Of a stretch of 64,000 nucleotides of DNA, positions 48,740 to 61,129 are shown piece by piece. The DNA comes from Oopsacas minuta. Lineage: Eukaryota; Animalia; Porifera. Where the stretch lies: assembly GCA_024704765.1 (NCBI GenBank), contig JAKMXF010000006.1:1-64000 (forward strand), given 5' to 3'. The notes beneath the pieces were generated by a model that saw nothing but the letters and a program-made list of their open reading frames with translations, did no database searches and had not been told where the DNA came from. Position 1 is the stretch's first letter, and each line of letters opens with the position of its first letter. The position numbers and the translations under genes are program-made.

Positions 48740-50038
48740 TGCAAAGCTAAAATTATATTAATTATTTGAAAATTCATAGTAAAAGTGTCATTCAACCTTA
48801 AGTAACGCTCTCAAATGGACGAGATTATCATAGTGATAATTTTGACCAATCGTTTGTGCTTCAAAAAGGTTAAAATTGTCTAAATGCATGAAACAGGAAA
48901 ATATGTCAGATCGTCAGTAATATGGCGTTACATATCGGTTGAAAGACCCAACAGTTAATTGGTTGTGTAATAAGAAATTTGGATTGAAAACAGTCAAAAA
49001 GCAATATTGCACTTATCTTAATATGTATTAAAATTGTAAATCACAATGAAAGCAAATTTGTATTTTAGATTAACATATTAATTAAGCATATAGACTTCTT
49101 GAAATACAGTTTGGTATTATACGATTTGAATATCTAGTTACATATATTATACCAGAACCTTTACTCCCATATTAATAACTATCAATCGTTGTCTATAGGC
49201 CGATCTGTCATTTGTCTATACTAAAGTAGCACAGGGAATACAAAATTTCCAGACTAATTTACAAATAAGACTATCAATTCATTTACATATTTGAAGATAT
49301 TCGTAGTTACGTATTTAGACTCCTTATATGGAAATTGATGTGCTTGACCAATGTTTTGAGTCTGACTTGATCGTATTATCAAGGAAACCAGTCCGATTTT
49401 TGTGAATATATTTCCATTTTCCAGATGATAAAATTGTATGCTAAACATCATCAAACCACACAAATGAAGCTGTATACTGTATTCTATTGTTACATAACAC
49501 TCAGTCAAGGAAATCTATTACTGTGTTCATTAACATCAACAAAAGAGATGGTTCAAGAAACGCAATGAGAAAACCGAGATTATAATGAGATTTGAAGAAA
49601 TTCTCTTTATTGCAGATCTTATCAAAGGCATACGACTTGGCCAATATTTCTAACCCGGGGCAAACCTGTGGTAAAATATTATTGTTAATTTATATTAGGC
49701 AGTCATGATCCGCCCCGGGGCTAGGATCTTCAAATCCGGGCCAAATTCCCCTTTTACCTCCCATAGAATCACCTAGTTTACCAAATCTATACAAAATAAA
49801 TAACCTAACGACAACATGGAAGAAAAGGAATTTACATCAAACAGACATGTCCTACACTACAATTAAATAATGGACTGCCCATTCCTCAGATAGAATTAGG
49901 AACCTATAATATTGATAATTAATCTGTAGCAGATGTAGTTATGAATGGAAATAAATTGGTAAAAGGCTAAGAGAAATATAGCTGAAAGATCGTATTATTC
50001 TAATCAATATAAGTAGAATATTGTATGGAGATATTTAG

Positions 50039-51184
50039 CAGGCTTGCCGTGGATATGGATATCCATAGGATATTCAATAATAGGGATGCTGTTATAATTA
50101 AATTGACAATATTACTAAGTACACTTACTAGTGTTGTTCAGTAGCGGCTCTAGCATGGGGTTAGATGGGGCTAGCGCCCCATCTAAATTTTGTCGGCCCC
50201 ATCAGCTAAGCTGGTGTATTACATGTAACTAACCAGCACCACACGATTATTATTTCATACCGTATGAATATCAAATTATGAAATTATTTGATTTCCCAAT
50301 TGAGAATCGATTATGATGGAAAATTAGTTATTATCGGTAAGATCGGTGAAGTCGTGTAGGTAGCCAATTATTGTAATGTCAGCAATTGTTGTGTCACGAA
50401 TAGTGCCAGATTTCATGTAAAGTTTTGAATTCTTTCAAGATCTATGTTGGTGAAAGGTAACAAATTACTATGCAATTATGATGCAATTATTGCTACTGTT
50501 ATTCATCCCTTTCACTCGTGAATTCTGGTGTTGCTAGCCAAAAGGCAAAAGGCTACTACTCTTGGTACAGAGCTCCAAGAATTCAGAGACACCCGGTACC
50601 AATGAAGGATCCAACTCAGTTTTGGCGGTACAGTGTCTTAACACGTCTGCGCACCTATGCAAAGATAATTTTCTCGGCACCAATATCTTCTACAGCCGTG
50701 GAGAGGTTGTTCAGCCAGGTCGGCAACCTACTTTCAAAAATAAGAAAGAGAATGTCACCGGCGGTCATGAAGAAATTAGTATACATCAGATACCAGAAAA
50801 TGTATATCACAATAATCAAGAAGCTGGGAATTGTAATCGAGCCAAAGGAAGTTGCGATGGCCATCAACAATGAGCCCATGTCCCTGTCATTTGAAGACGA
50901 TAGTGATATCGAAGAGTTTATGAATGACAGTTTACATAGTATCTAGAGCTTCAGTATATAACGTTTAGTATAGGAATAGATTTTCATTAGTAATCTACAT
51001 CTACATAGCGGTTACCTGTACATAATAGTCACCACTCTTGAATGGCCGTTATAGACAAGATGTTCTAGGTCTTTGAAATATTCATGGATATATCCTGGTT
51101 GTTGGATATCCATGGATATCCATGGATATTCACGCAAAAATGACATGGATATGGATGGGATTTTTCTCATCCACGGCAAGCCTG
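50039..51184 (+). mobile_element. Internally deleted hAT transposon
   Basis: Perfect 16-bp TIR caggcttgccgtggat / atccacggcaagcctg; perfect TSD atatttag (50031-50038, 51185-51192); ggatatccat subterminal repeats. Confidence 0.95.
50518..50946 (+). pseudogene. hAT transposase C-terminal dimerisation fragment
   Basis: DPTQFWR..LRTYAKIIFSAPISSTAVERLFSQVG..R.RMSP..MKKLVYIR; the DDE N-terminal part is missing. Confidence 0.88.
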
Positions 51185-51734
51185 ATATTTAGCGAGATTT
51201 ATTTGCAGGATGTAGCATGCTAATGATAATCTGGCCTAAAATACATACAAAATGTATTTATCACGTTTCGGCCGACATGACACTCAACAAATGTCGTGTG
51301 GTACAACCAACCATGGCTTTAACAACTAAGATATTTTCGCAGCTTTATTGTGCGATACATTTAAAAGTTATTTAAATGTATCGCACAATAAATCTGTAAG
51401 ATATACGTATTGGATCTAAAGTGTAATTTTATTCGAATATTGATATTGCTAGGTCTATTACATAAATAATGTTAATGGAATATCAGTGTTGCCAGGTTGA
51501 CGATTGTTTAAACCACATAAAAATTATGCTAGAATTTTCCCAGAAAATTAATTCGTATTATGCCAGAATTATTGCTGTAATTACAACTATTATTCTAGAA
51601 TTATTCTAGAATTATGCTATAATTGTTATGCAAGATTCGGATAATTACTCACTGTGAATTTGACATACTATGTGCATTATGTTATATTTAACATGGTAGT
51701 GCCTCCAATTATTAGTGTCATATTATTTATATTA

Positions 51735-51836
51735 CAGTAGAACTCGGATAAGACGTACTCAGCTTAAGACGTACACTCGGTTAAGACGTACTAATTTCTG
51801 ATTCCCGAGGGGGTACGTCTTATCCGAGTTCTACTG
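51735..51836. mobile_element. 102-bp Tigger-like MITE
   Basis: Perfect 24-bp TIR cagtagaactcggataagacgtac, TA TSD. Confidence 0.93.
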
Positions 51837-52493
51837 TATTATTTTGATTTTTTGATCTATACTGTTGAGTATGTTAATTTGGATAATTATTGAGTATGAC
51901 GGATGTTGCTGTAAAAACATCGAAATTTCTCATGATAAAGTTGGCGTGTTCCAGGGTTATAGTAGTGACCATGGATGACAATATCCCACTGTACTGGTTT
52001 CTACTGTACTGTAGTAATCTAGTGAATCAGATTCTAAAGGTATTAAAGGGGACAGTTGGATTAAGTGACACTGCTCGTATTTACATAATCCACCTTATGA
52101 TTATTGCTTGACCATAAGGTAGATTGGCTGCAGCATATATCCATGTTATCATAACCTAGGAATTCAATCATTTATGAGTTTTCTTCTATTCTTGTAACTC
52201 TTGTGATGATATATTTCATCAGTAAGATCTTATTTAACTAGCTTATAGGCTAGTATTAGCCAATGTATCTCTGTTATAAGATATTGTATTAGTATTATGT
52301 ACGCATACTTTCATATCTACCTTAAGAAATTTCTTACCACCCTACGTCCCATTGGAACAGTTAAAACTGACTCATAAAGACTATATTGAATATTGGCTCT
52401 TATAAATTGACACACATATGGGTGTAAACTTAGATTACACTAAGGTTCTGGTAAATATGTTCTGAGTAAATAGTAAATATAATACTAATAATG

Positions 52494-52871
52494 TTATAAT
52501 AATGGTAACAATTCTACTGTAATTTGAAGAGTTATGCTGTCTTCTTTACGATATTTATCTTCTAATATTTCAGTGATTGAAATGAATGCAAATTTTCCAT
52601 AACCTAGATTGGTCAGGTCAGTAGGTCTCATAAAGGATTCAGGACATTTCACCAAACATTCCTTAGTTATTTGACCAGAGTAAATCAAATTATCATTACT
52701 GTTAAACTGATCGAGTAGAACAAACGTATATTTGTATTTGATAGGCCAGTGTAGTTTATCATAATATTCTCCTTTCATAATACGAATGAATACCCCTACT
52801 TTACCTGTATTATCATGATTCCATACAATATTCTCCTGACACATATATAAACCTACATAGAATGGATCACT
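52494..52871 (-). pseudogene. 5'-truncated TRAF C-terminal MATH domain
   Basis: DPFYVGLY..GKVGVFIRIMKGEYYDKLHWP..FVLLDQ..F.RPT..GYGKFAFIS..KYRKEDSI; stop codons immediately upstream, no zinc-finger or coiled-coil part seen. Confidence 0.75.
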
Positions 52872-53134
52872 CCCTCACCCAGTTTAACAGCAAGCATGCT
52901 ACATGTTTTCAGATGGTCTATTGATAATTCGTTGAATTATTGATTACAGAATATATAATTTGGCATATTTCGACAAAATTTCTGCTTTTATGGAATGATG
53001 ACATGTATTTCTACAAGTATGTAATACATTCATTCAGCCAAAAGTGCACTGTTTCTGAGATATGCACTCCAGCATAATTATCCCAAACTCAGTTAACCAA
53101 TTCCTGATAATTAGCCAGTGCCATTGCCTTAGTG

Positions 53135-53287
53135 CAGCGGTTAGCAACCTGAGGTCCATGGACCCTTTGATGGCCAAGGGCGGTAGCAGGGGGTCCACAG
53201 GGTCTATTGCAGTCTATACCGGGGGTCCACAGATGTTTTCAAATTGGTATAGGGGGGTCAACAAATGAAAAGGTTTGGGAACCGCTG
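53135..53287. mobile_element. hAT (Charlie-like) MITE, 153 bp
   Basis: Ends cagcggttagcaacc / ggtttgggaaccgctg; flanks ccttagtg / ctttagtg (7/8). Confidence 0.85.
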
Positions 53288-53644
53288 CTTTAGTGTATTA
53301 GACTGCTATGTTCAATCATTTCCATAGAAACGAACCTCTCGAAATGCGGGGAATGGGGAATATTTGTTACGATTATGCCTCATACATTTGAAATTTACCT
53401 CTATAAGTGGGTAATTCTACGATAATTTTTCTTGGCTATACATATTGACTCAAAAATCTTTGGTAAAAGAACATTTAAAATTTAAAGTTATAAATGGGGA
53501 ATGAACGTTATCAGGAGATTCGCCGGCCCGCCCCAATGGATAGAGGTTCTAATGTACTAAGACTTTGAGAACATAGTTTCATGTGTTGTTACAATTATCG
53601 CAAGTTTTTTATGAATATGTATCTTAGTTTAGTTTCAATAAGGA

Positions 53645-53716
53645 CTCCCCGACCGGGAATCGAACCCGGGTCTTCCACGTGACAGGCGGAGATACTTACC
53701 ACTATACTATCGAGGA
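53645..53716 (-). tRNA. tRNA-Asp(GTC)
   Basis: TCCTCGATAGTATAGTGGTAAGTATCTCCGCCTGTCACGTGGAAGACCCGGGTTCGATTCCCGGTCGGGGAG; cloverleaf, anticodon GTC, GGTTCGATTCC B-box. Confidence 0.93.
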
Positions 53717-54047
53717 ATATTTTAATTCATGTATATTAATATATTTTAAGGAAAATTTACCTAGACGCATTATTGAAAATGCAAGTGCTGAATAAGTTTC
53801 AATAAAATTCAGAGCCTAACATCACGTTGAGGCTAAAACTTACCAAAGAGGACAGCACAAAGTGAAAGAGGATTGTCAGGGCTATCGAATACACATGACA
53901 CATACAGTAGCAATCGCATACTTACCAACTCATTTTGACTGTTTCCCATGTTTCCTTGGATTTCAATTTAATTATAATCTTGCAAAAATACGATTTGCTA
54001 ATAGGCGGTTTCCACTTTTCTGTGTACCACAATGCCTTCAGACACTC

Positions 54048-54496
54048 TGGAGAGCTAAATACACCACAAGGACTCTGTGTTGACTACAATGGAGACGTGT
54101 ATGTTGCTGATTATTCCAATAACAAAGTTTCTATATTCTCCAAACCTCTTAAATTTGTTAATTGTTTGGGTACTCAACAGCTAGAACACCCTCAGGATGT
54201 TAACGTTACCCTCATGTATTACTCGTAAGCTGGATGGTGTGGTGTATGGTCCCTTCTTCTTTAGTTTGGATGTAGCAGGGAATATTCTTTTTATTGATCT
54301 TTTCTGTAACAAAATCCAGATACTATCTCCTCCAGGAGAGCTAATACATACCATAGGGAGGAGAGGACATGGGAGAGGAAAATTTATACGTCCATTTGGT
54401 ATTAGTATTTCAGCATTAGGAACTATTTATGTTATATCTCATAATACCTATCTCTGTTTACAAGCTATTTTGTTTGTTGTTTGTTTTATTTATTAG
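54048..54496 (+). pseudogene. 5'-truncated tandem copy of the 55978 NHL gene
   Basis: High nucleotide similarity to about 56709-57207 plus shared 3' flank; about 74-bp internal deletion causing a frameshift near 54210. Confidence 0.88.
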
Positions 54497-54818
54497 AATA
54501 TTTCTCTCATTGATATTATTCACATATTACACTTGTTATTTACATTTATTTGCAGTTTAATGTAAGGGAATGAGAACCTTGATGAAACGAAATGAATTTG
54601 CTAAAATCTACGTAATTCATTCTCCGAAAAGCGTATTTATATTTTGTATGAATTGTAGTGAGTGATTTGTTTACTCTATTTATTATAATTAACAAAAGCA
54701 ATAGAGCTTAATATTTAGACATACGGAATTATTCCTGTGTTGAATATAGTGCATTTGTATTGAATTAAGACTTATTTATCACATGATTCATCATATAGCG
54801 AAATCTGGTATTAATTGT

Positions 54819-55402
54819 GAATGGCGGGACTTTCGTCTCAGGAAATTTGGCATCCGGAAATATTGTTTCTTGGAAATCTCATTTCTAGAATTTTCATACC
54901 TTTCTACCTTTTATATTTATCTTTTGCAACATCATCAATCTTCTTTTTCTTTTTCTATGAAACAAAGAAACACTACATATTCTGCCAAAAATTTGAACAA
55001 TATTCCTGGTCCCAATTCCCAAACATAAAACACCTGGACCCTTAAAGTCGACTTTAGCAACAATAATGACAGTTCGAAATCTAGCCATCATCTTCTCCTT
55101 ATATCAATCACATATCCCCCACCCCAGACCATTACATAACTAATCAGAACAAAACATTCATCAGAATCTAGTATAGCATTAAAATCCCCGATCAACCCTC
55201 ATATAACTTTTTGCCAGCTAATCTAAGGAATATCCCGCGATGATCCCGTCCTATCTTATACATCCCGCCCTTTCTACCACTATTTCTGCAACATTATCCA
55301 TCTTATTTTTTTTTCTATCAAACAAAGAAACATTACTAAAACCGCTGAAGGATACGAAAATTCCAAGAGACAAAATTTCCTGAGACGAAAGTTCCGTTTA
55401 CC
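54819..55402. mobile_element. Mutator (MULE)-like non-autonomous element
   Basis: TIR core cgg(g/a)actttcgtctcaggaaattt; perfect 9-bp TSD attaattgt (54810-54818, 55403-55411). Confidence 0.9.
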
Positions 55403-55977
55403 ATTAATTGTATAGGAAGTGTATTCAGAGAAAACATACTTCGGTTAGTACTTGAGAATTTTGTTACCCGAGGCTTAAGTGTTATCCCACCATCATAGAC
55501 ATACATTTTCAAGAAATCTTGAGGGAGTCCCAGACCTTATTGGCCTTTACACCTATACCCACCATAATGGAAGCTAGATAAGACTCTGTTGCTTCTTAAA
55601 TACAAACTAATTCCCGGTTGAAGCTATCGAGGTTATACACATAGAAATCTAAAAATACAAACAATACAATCTCATTTTTAACGAATATCGAAAAAGAAAT
55701 ATTTGCAGAATCCAAACAAATACATTTTTGATAATTCAAATTATTGGAAGAATAACTAAATTGGAACTGAAACTAACCATAAGACACCCGTACTACAAAC
55801 ACTAATTGTGTAATTGTATAACAGACATAACTCTAACCAAGAAACATTCCCTAACTTTACAGTAATTACTATAGCAACCATTGACATACATTGGTATTCT
55901 TAAGTTACACAAGTATAAGATAGAGTCTGTAATAGTTAAAAATATTTTTTCTAACAAACTCAAATCTAAACAACAAA

Positions 55978-57207
55978 ATGGCAACAAATCAGCTCATAAT
56001 TGAACCAGTTAATGAATTGGCACAATTCGATTATGTCGCTACTCAAATCATGAATAGGTTCGATCTCCTAATTAAGCAACTGATCGCGAGAAGGGACGCT
56101 CTCCTGGGGAAACTCAAAGATATGAAAGATGCATATTTATCAAAAGAGAGCACCCGTAAGTCAGCCATGGAGGAACTGGCCAATACTCAACGACACATGG
56201 AGGAACTAAGTCTGAAAGTTAATGAGAACAAAGATCTCCATCAACAGGCCACTGACCTATATCAACAGCGGATCAAACAGCTAGAGACTCCCACAAAACT
56301 CCAGCAGCCCTTCTTCTCCTGTTCGATGCTGTCCCAACTACAAACTCAGATCGCTGAGTTCGGAGAGGTGAAAGAATGGGAGCTAGACTACTCTCTGAAG
56401 AAAGAACCTATCCTAGCTGTTGGGAAGGAAGGGTACGGTAACAATGAATTGAATGCTGCAGGTCTATCTCTAGATGAACCAAATCAGTTAATTTACATAG
56501 CTGATTGGGGTAACAGTCGTATTCAAGTTGTGTCTTTTGAAGGAAAATTCTTGGAAAGATTTGGACAAGACATACTCAAGAGACCATGGGGAATAGCTGT
56601 GACAGAAGATAACGTCTTCATTACGGACGAAGATATCCACGCTTTGTTACAGTTCAACAAGAAGGATTACAAACTGGTGAAGAGGACTGGTAACAGAGGA
56701 GCAGGAGATGGAGAGCTAAATCTACCACAAGGACTCTGTGTTGACTACAATGGGGACGTGTATGTTGCTGAAGTTAGCAATCACAGAGTTTCTATATTCT
56801 CCAAAGCTCTTGAATTTGTTAATTGTTTGGGTACTCAACAGCTAAAACACCCTAAGGATGTTAAAGTTACTCCCACTAGCATCGTTGTGCTAGACTACAA
56901 TCCTATTTGTGTCCACTTCTACTGGAGAAGTGGACACCTTATATACTCATGTATTACTCGTAGGACCGATGGTGTTGTGTATGGTCCCGCCTTCTTTAGT
57001 TTGGATGTAGTAGGGAATATTCTTATTACTGATATTTTCCGTAACAATATCAAGATACTATCTCCTTCAGGAGAGCTAATACACACCATAGGGAGGAGAG
57101 GACATGGGAGAGGAGAATTTACAAATTCTTTTGGCATTAGTATTTCATCATTAGGAACTATTTATGTTATATCTCATAATGCTTATTTCTGTTTACAAGC
57201 TTTTTAG
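55978..57207 (+). CDS. Coiled-coil plus NHL-repeat protein (TRIM-NHL-like, no RING/B-box seen)
   Basis: Helical N-terminus; NHL repeats YIADWGNSRIQV, RPWGIAV, LNLPQGLCVDYNGDVYVAE, GRRGHGRGEF. Confidence 0.9.
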   Translation: MATNQLIIEPVNELAQFDYVATQIMNRFDLLIKQLIARRDALLGKLKDMKDAYLSKESTRKSAMEELANTQRHMEELSLKVNENKDLHQQATDLYQQRIKQLETPTKLQQPFFSCSMLSQLQTQIAEFGEVKEWELDYSLKKEPILAVGKEGYGNNELNAAGLSLDEPNQLIYIADWGNSRIQVVSFEGKFLERFGQDILKRPWGIAVTEDNVFITDEDIHALLQFNKKDYKLVKRTGNRGAGDGELNLPQGLCVDYNGDVYVAEVSNHRVSIFSKALEFVNCLGTQQLKHPKDVKVTPTSIVVLDYNPICVHFYWRSGHLIYSCITRRTDGVVYGPAFFSLDVVGNILITDIFRNNIKILSPSGELIHTIGRRGHGRGEFTNSFGISISSLGTIYVISHNAYFCLQAF

Positions 57208-58560
57208 TTTGTTGTTTGTGTTATTTATTAGAATATTTACCTTATTGATATTATTTACAGATTAAACTTGTTATTTACATTTATTTGCAGTTTAGTGTAA
57301 GTCATTGAGAACCTTGATGAAACGAAAATTATTTATTAAACTTTTACGTAATTCATTTTCTGAGAATCGGACATATCCCTATAACAGACAAATCCACCTC
57401 CCAATCTGTCCTCTCTTCTGTATTTTGTAAAGTTTAACTAATTATATACGAATACATTTCCATAAATAGATTCTTATTTCTTACTAATACGATTTGTGAT
57501 TACGAAATCTATCTGAGACCGCTGTCTGTTTCCTGCGCGTATGTCTCAAAATTTCCCCGCTCGAATCCAGATATACAAAGAGCTTACTGCTGCGAAACAG
57601 TTCTTGACAACCAATCGAAGGTTAGGAATGTCCCCATAATGGATTGAAACATGGAAATGAGAGAACTCGACTACTCAGTGACGAAACTCAACGAATACTA
57701 ATTCGTGAAATAACCCCGCTTACAAAGCAACAAATGAGACATTCCAAAGGCACTGCTTCGTATCCTAGCAACCATGGAATGCTACGAATTCCCAAAGAAA
57801 TTAATTTAATATTGAGGTGTGAAAATTCTAAACAGACAACCAAAGATTCTCAGAATACGAACACACAGGATTTCTGGGAAAAATTCAACCGATGTTCTTC
57901 TCAATTAGCAGAAATACATAGGCATAAAGAAACTGGAAAGTATTCTGCAAGAGATATTGACAGAACTAAAATGTTATGGTGAGTTCATGGGTGAATTGGT
58001 TCTCATTTGTCAGACCGAATCTTTATACAATCATAGTGTACTATAACGAAACACAAGATTAATACTTCATCCAAATTCCAAATTCCAAATTGAGCATTAG
58101 GCAATCATAGCTGACTTGTCATTAGTCAGTCGATGGTCATGGGCCGAACCATTCCGATCTGATATGGTCTTGTTTTAGCTGTTCATTATTTACAAATATT
58201 ATTATTCTTCTTCTTTAATGATGAAATGTGTCAAATCACTGCTAATATAATAAACACAGATATAGAATTCTGTATATCTCATCCTATTGAAAACGAATTA
58301 TGGTATACTGGTATATATTTGGTGAGAGAGTTTCTCAGGGATAGGTCACGACATAATCATGGTAAGTTGCTGGAAATACACACCTACAGTTATAAAGTTA
58401 ACGACCCATTGTAGCTGATTCACTTGAGATTTTCTCGATATCTTGGATTTTCAAATTTCCCTGTATTTCTATTTGTATATACAAAAATCCATATATTATG
58501 AATTTTTCACTCTTTTCTGAGAAAATGCTAGGATACCCAATAATTTCCTTTGTTCTAGAA

Positions 58561-58653
58561 CTGTGCTTCTCAAACTTTCTGGGTCGCGGCCCCAAAATAT
58601 CTTCATCACAATTCCACCGACCCCTGCTTTTGGTCTCATTTTAGTAAATATAC

Positions 58654-58698
<45 letters not shown>

Positions 58699-59590
58699 GT
58701 ATTATACAGTATCATCAATTAACTCATCTTCATCAGATCCTGAAATGTCTTGACAATCTGTATAGAGTCTATTACACTTAGTTAGGTAAGTATCCAATTA
58801 TCCTCACTTTGTTTGGTCATAAATTTCTTTTTCACCAAATTCTAACTAAATAATTGATTTAAGAAAGGGACGCATGCATTTGTCTGAATAAAGTAAGACC
58901 TGAATGAAGGAAACTGGAAGAAACTAGTAGCAGCTGAAAGCCTTGGGTTCAGTATAAAGTGGAAATACAAGCAAAAACCCGTACGACGAGAATACTAGAA
59001 ACTAATGACAGTAAATCCTATCCTGTGATTTGTAGTGATAAATCTCCTTAATAGGGACATATTTATAACATTTGCAGTCTATCTAGTTAAATGCAGCACT
59101 AGAAACCAACGATCAAATCGCCACTAAATTTGAATAGAAATCACGTGAAGTTAATTCCCCCAGGAAAATGCCAAATTATCCCAATCCACAATTTTCAGCA
59201 CGAATAATCCATAATAGGAGAAATAGCCCATCCTGAGAGCAATCTCAATTGAAATACTGAATCCAAATATTTCTGGTATACTGAAGACACCTTGTGTATA
59301 TGTCATCTGTCAATTATTAGTGACAAAATATCATATGAATGACAATGTTCACTTCTGTCAGGCAATGCATACTTCAAAATTCGGACAAATGCAGCTCTCC
59401 CATTAGCAAAGGTACAATCTAATGAAACAATATCAACTGAAGTTCTGCCTATTCTTATCACAGGATCATTGTTGTATTTATCGCTCAAAAACTATTTTTC
59501 GTAAAACACTTTCAATAACCGTTCCGTGGCCCCTTTGCAACCTCCTTGCGGACCCCTGGTGGGCCGCGGACCACAGTTTGAGTTTGACTG
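58561..59590. mobile_element. hAT (Charlie-like) non-autonomous element, 1030 bp
   Basis: Ends ctgtgcttctcaaact / ggaccacagtttgagtttgactg; perfect TSD ttctagaa (58553-58560, 59591-59598). Confidence 0.85.
58658..58698. repeat. (TTA)13 microsatellite
   Basis: Perfect TTA run inside the Charlie-like element; explains the poly-Tyr ORF. Confidence 0.95.
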
Positions 59591-59940
59591 TTCTAGAATG
59601 TTCAGGAGAATTAGAGGTAGCAGATATGTAACTACACCAACTGACTCTATTTGAGTGGCTTAATGTGGCATAGATTATTAGTAGTGTGTGATATATTAGT
59701 TATGTATTGTTAGAAGACAGATTGTGTATTTATATTTTGTATGAATTGTAGTGAGTGATTTGTTTGCTTGTGTTGAATATAGTGCATTTGTATTGTATGT
59801 ATACTAATATATCACATGATTCATCATATTTTGGAATCTTGTATTAATTGTATTATAAGATTATTCTGTAGAAGACATACTTCGGGTTAAAAGTAGCAAC
59901 ACAAGTAGCAAACACATCTGTAAGTAAATATTTCTATAAC

Positions 59941-60831
59941 CAATTCGAGTTTACAGAAAATAGAAATTCCGCGCTTAATTTTGGCAATCTAAATAAAAGC
60001 GCTGCTGTAAGAAGGAAGGCAAAATTTGATTTGTCAAGTTTACAGAAGTTCTCTAATGATAATAGGATTGAATTGGTTAGTTAACAACAGTATTATTGGA
60101 ATGCTATAGTGGGTAGTAATGTTAGAGGGTACATTCAGTCATTAGGACACAACCCCTTTATTATTCATTTATATACTGAAGACCAAATTAAAATATTAAA
60201 ATGTTTTAAAGATAAAACCATAATTCTTCACCTAGATGCTACTGGCTCAATCATTCGAAAGATTGAACCTTCCCAGCACATAGTATTTTATTATGCTCTC
60301 ACAGTACAACATCCAACTTGTTCTACCAGTCCCGTACCTCTGGCAGAGATGATCAGTTCTGGTCATACTAGCGCTGAGATTACTTATTTTCTACACAAAT
60401 TGTATCTTGATGTAAAGAAAATATTAGATTATAATATTAACAGAGGACAAGTTGAGATAGATTTCAGCTGGGCGTTAATCCATAGTGTGTGTAATGCTTT
60501 TCTTAAATGTGATATTGATACATATCTTGATAAATGTTGGAATAGAGTGGATACAAATTCTGCCAATCAGGAACTAGAATTAAAATTGATTCTCCATTTA
60601 TGTTCTGCCCATATAAGGCATGGTATTGGCTTTCACATTAATAGGAAATTTAAGTTAAATAAAGAAGTGAGAAAGTTGTTTTTGTATTTCTTTGGATATC
60701 TGGCGCGTTGTACTAATATTACTCAAAGAAGTTCTGTGATTACTTCCTTGTGTTATGCGTTTATGAGTAAATATATAAATGAACATGTATTAACCAATAT
60801 TAAAACATTAGAGTATTATATCCCGGTATGA
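59941..60831 (+). pseudogene. MULE-superfamily (NOF/foldback-like) transposase relic
   Basis: LHLDATGS, FYYAL, PVPLAEMIS, IDFSWALI, LHLCSAH (D..D..CxxH); in-frame TAA just upstream of 60109; truncated at 60831. Confidence 0.8.
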
Positions 60832-61129
60832 CTAGTTGAATTTCTGCTTTCAATTTGCTTTTCATCCCAGAGCTAATAAAATTTTTCAAGGTCGTAAGCG
60901 AATAAGAGATATATCAGGAGAAAAATGTATTGAAGAATGGTCCAGGAAAAGAAACAGCATTGTGGCTATTTGTACTCGAAAACATGAAGTAGAGTATAAT
61001 ACATCAATCAAAAAATATGAAAACACATAATGAGTTATAGTAGTTAGTTTTTCTAGAATCAATTACATTGTTCAAGCAAATATCAGTAATCCCAATTAAA
61101 GTGGGAATTTCTTTTCAACAGGGTTGGAT

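Noticed and set aside
57644-57982. 112-aa ORF or possible LINE ORF2 relic (IPK..PWN..WK.F in another frame)
   Set aside because: Only a weak motif echo; no endonuclease or RT motif seen.
58563-58781. Poly-Tyr ORF
   Set aside because: Translation of the (TTA)n microsatellite.
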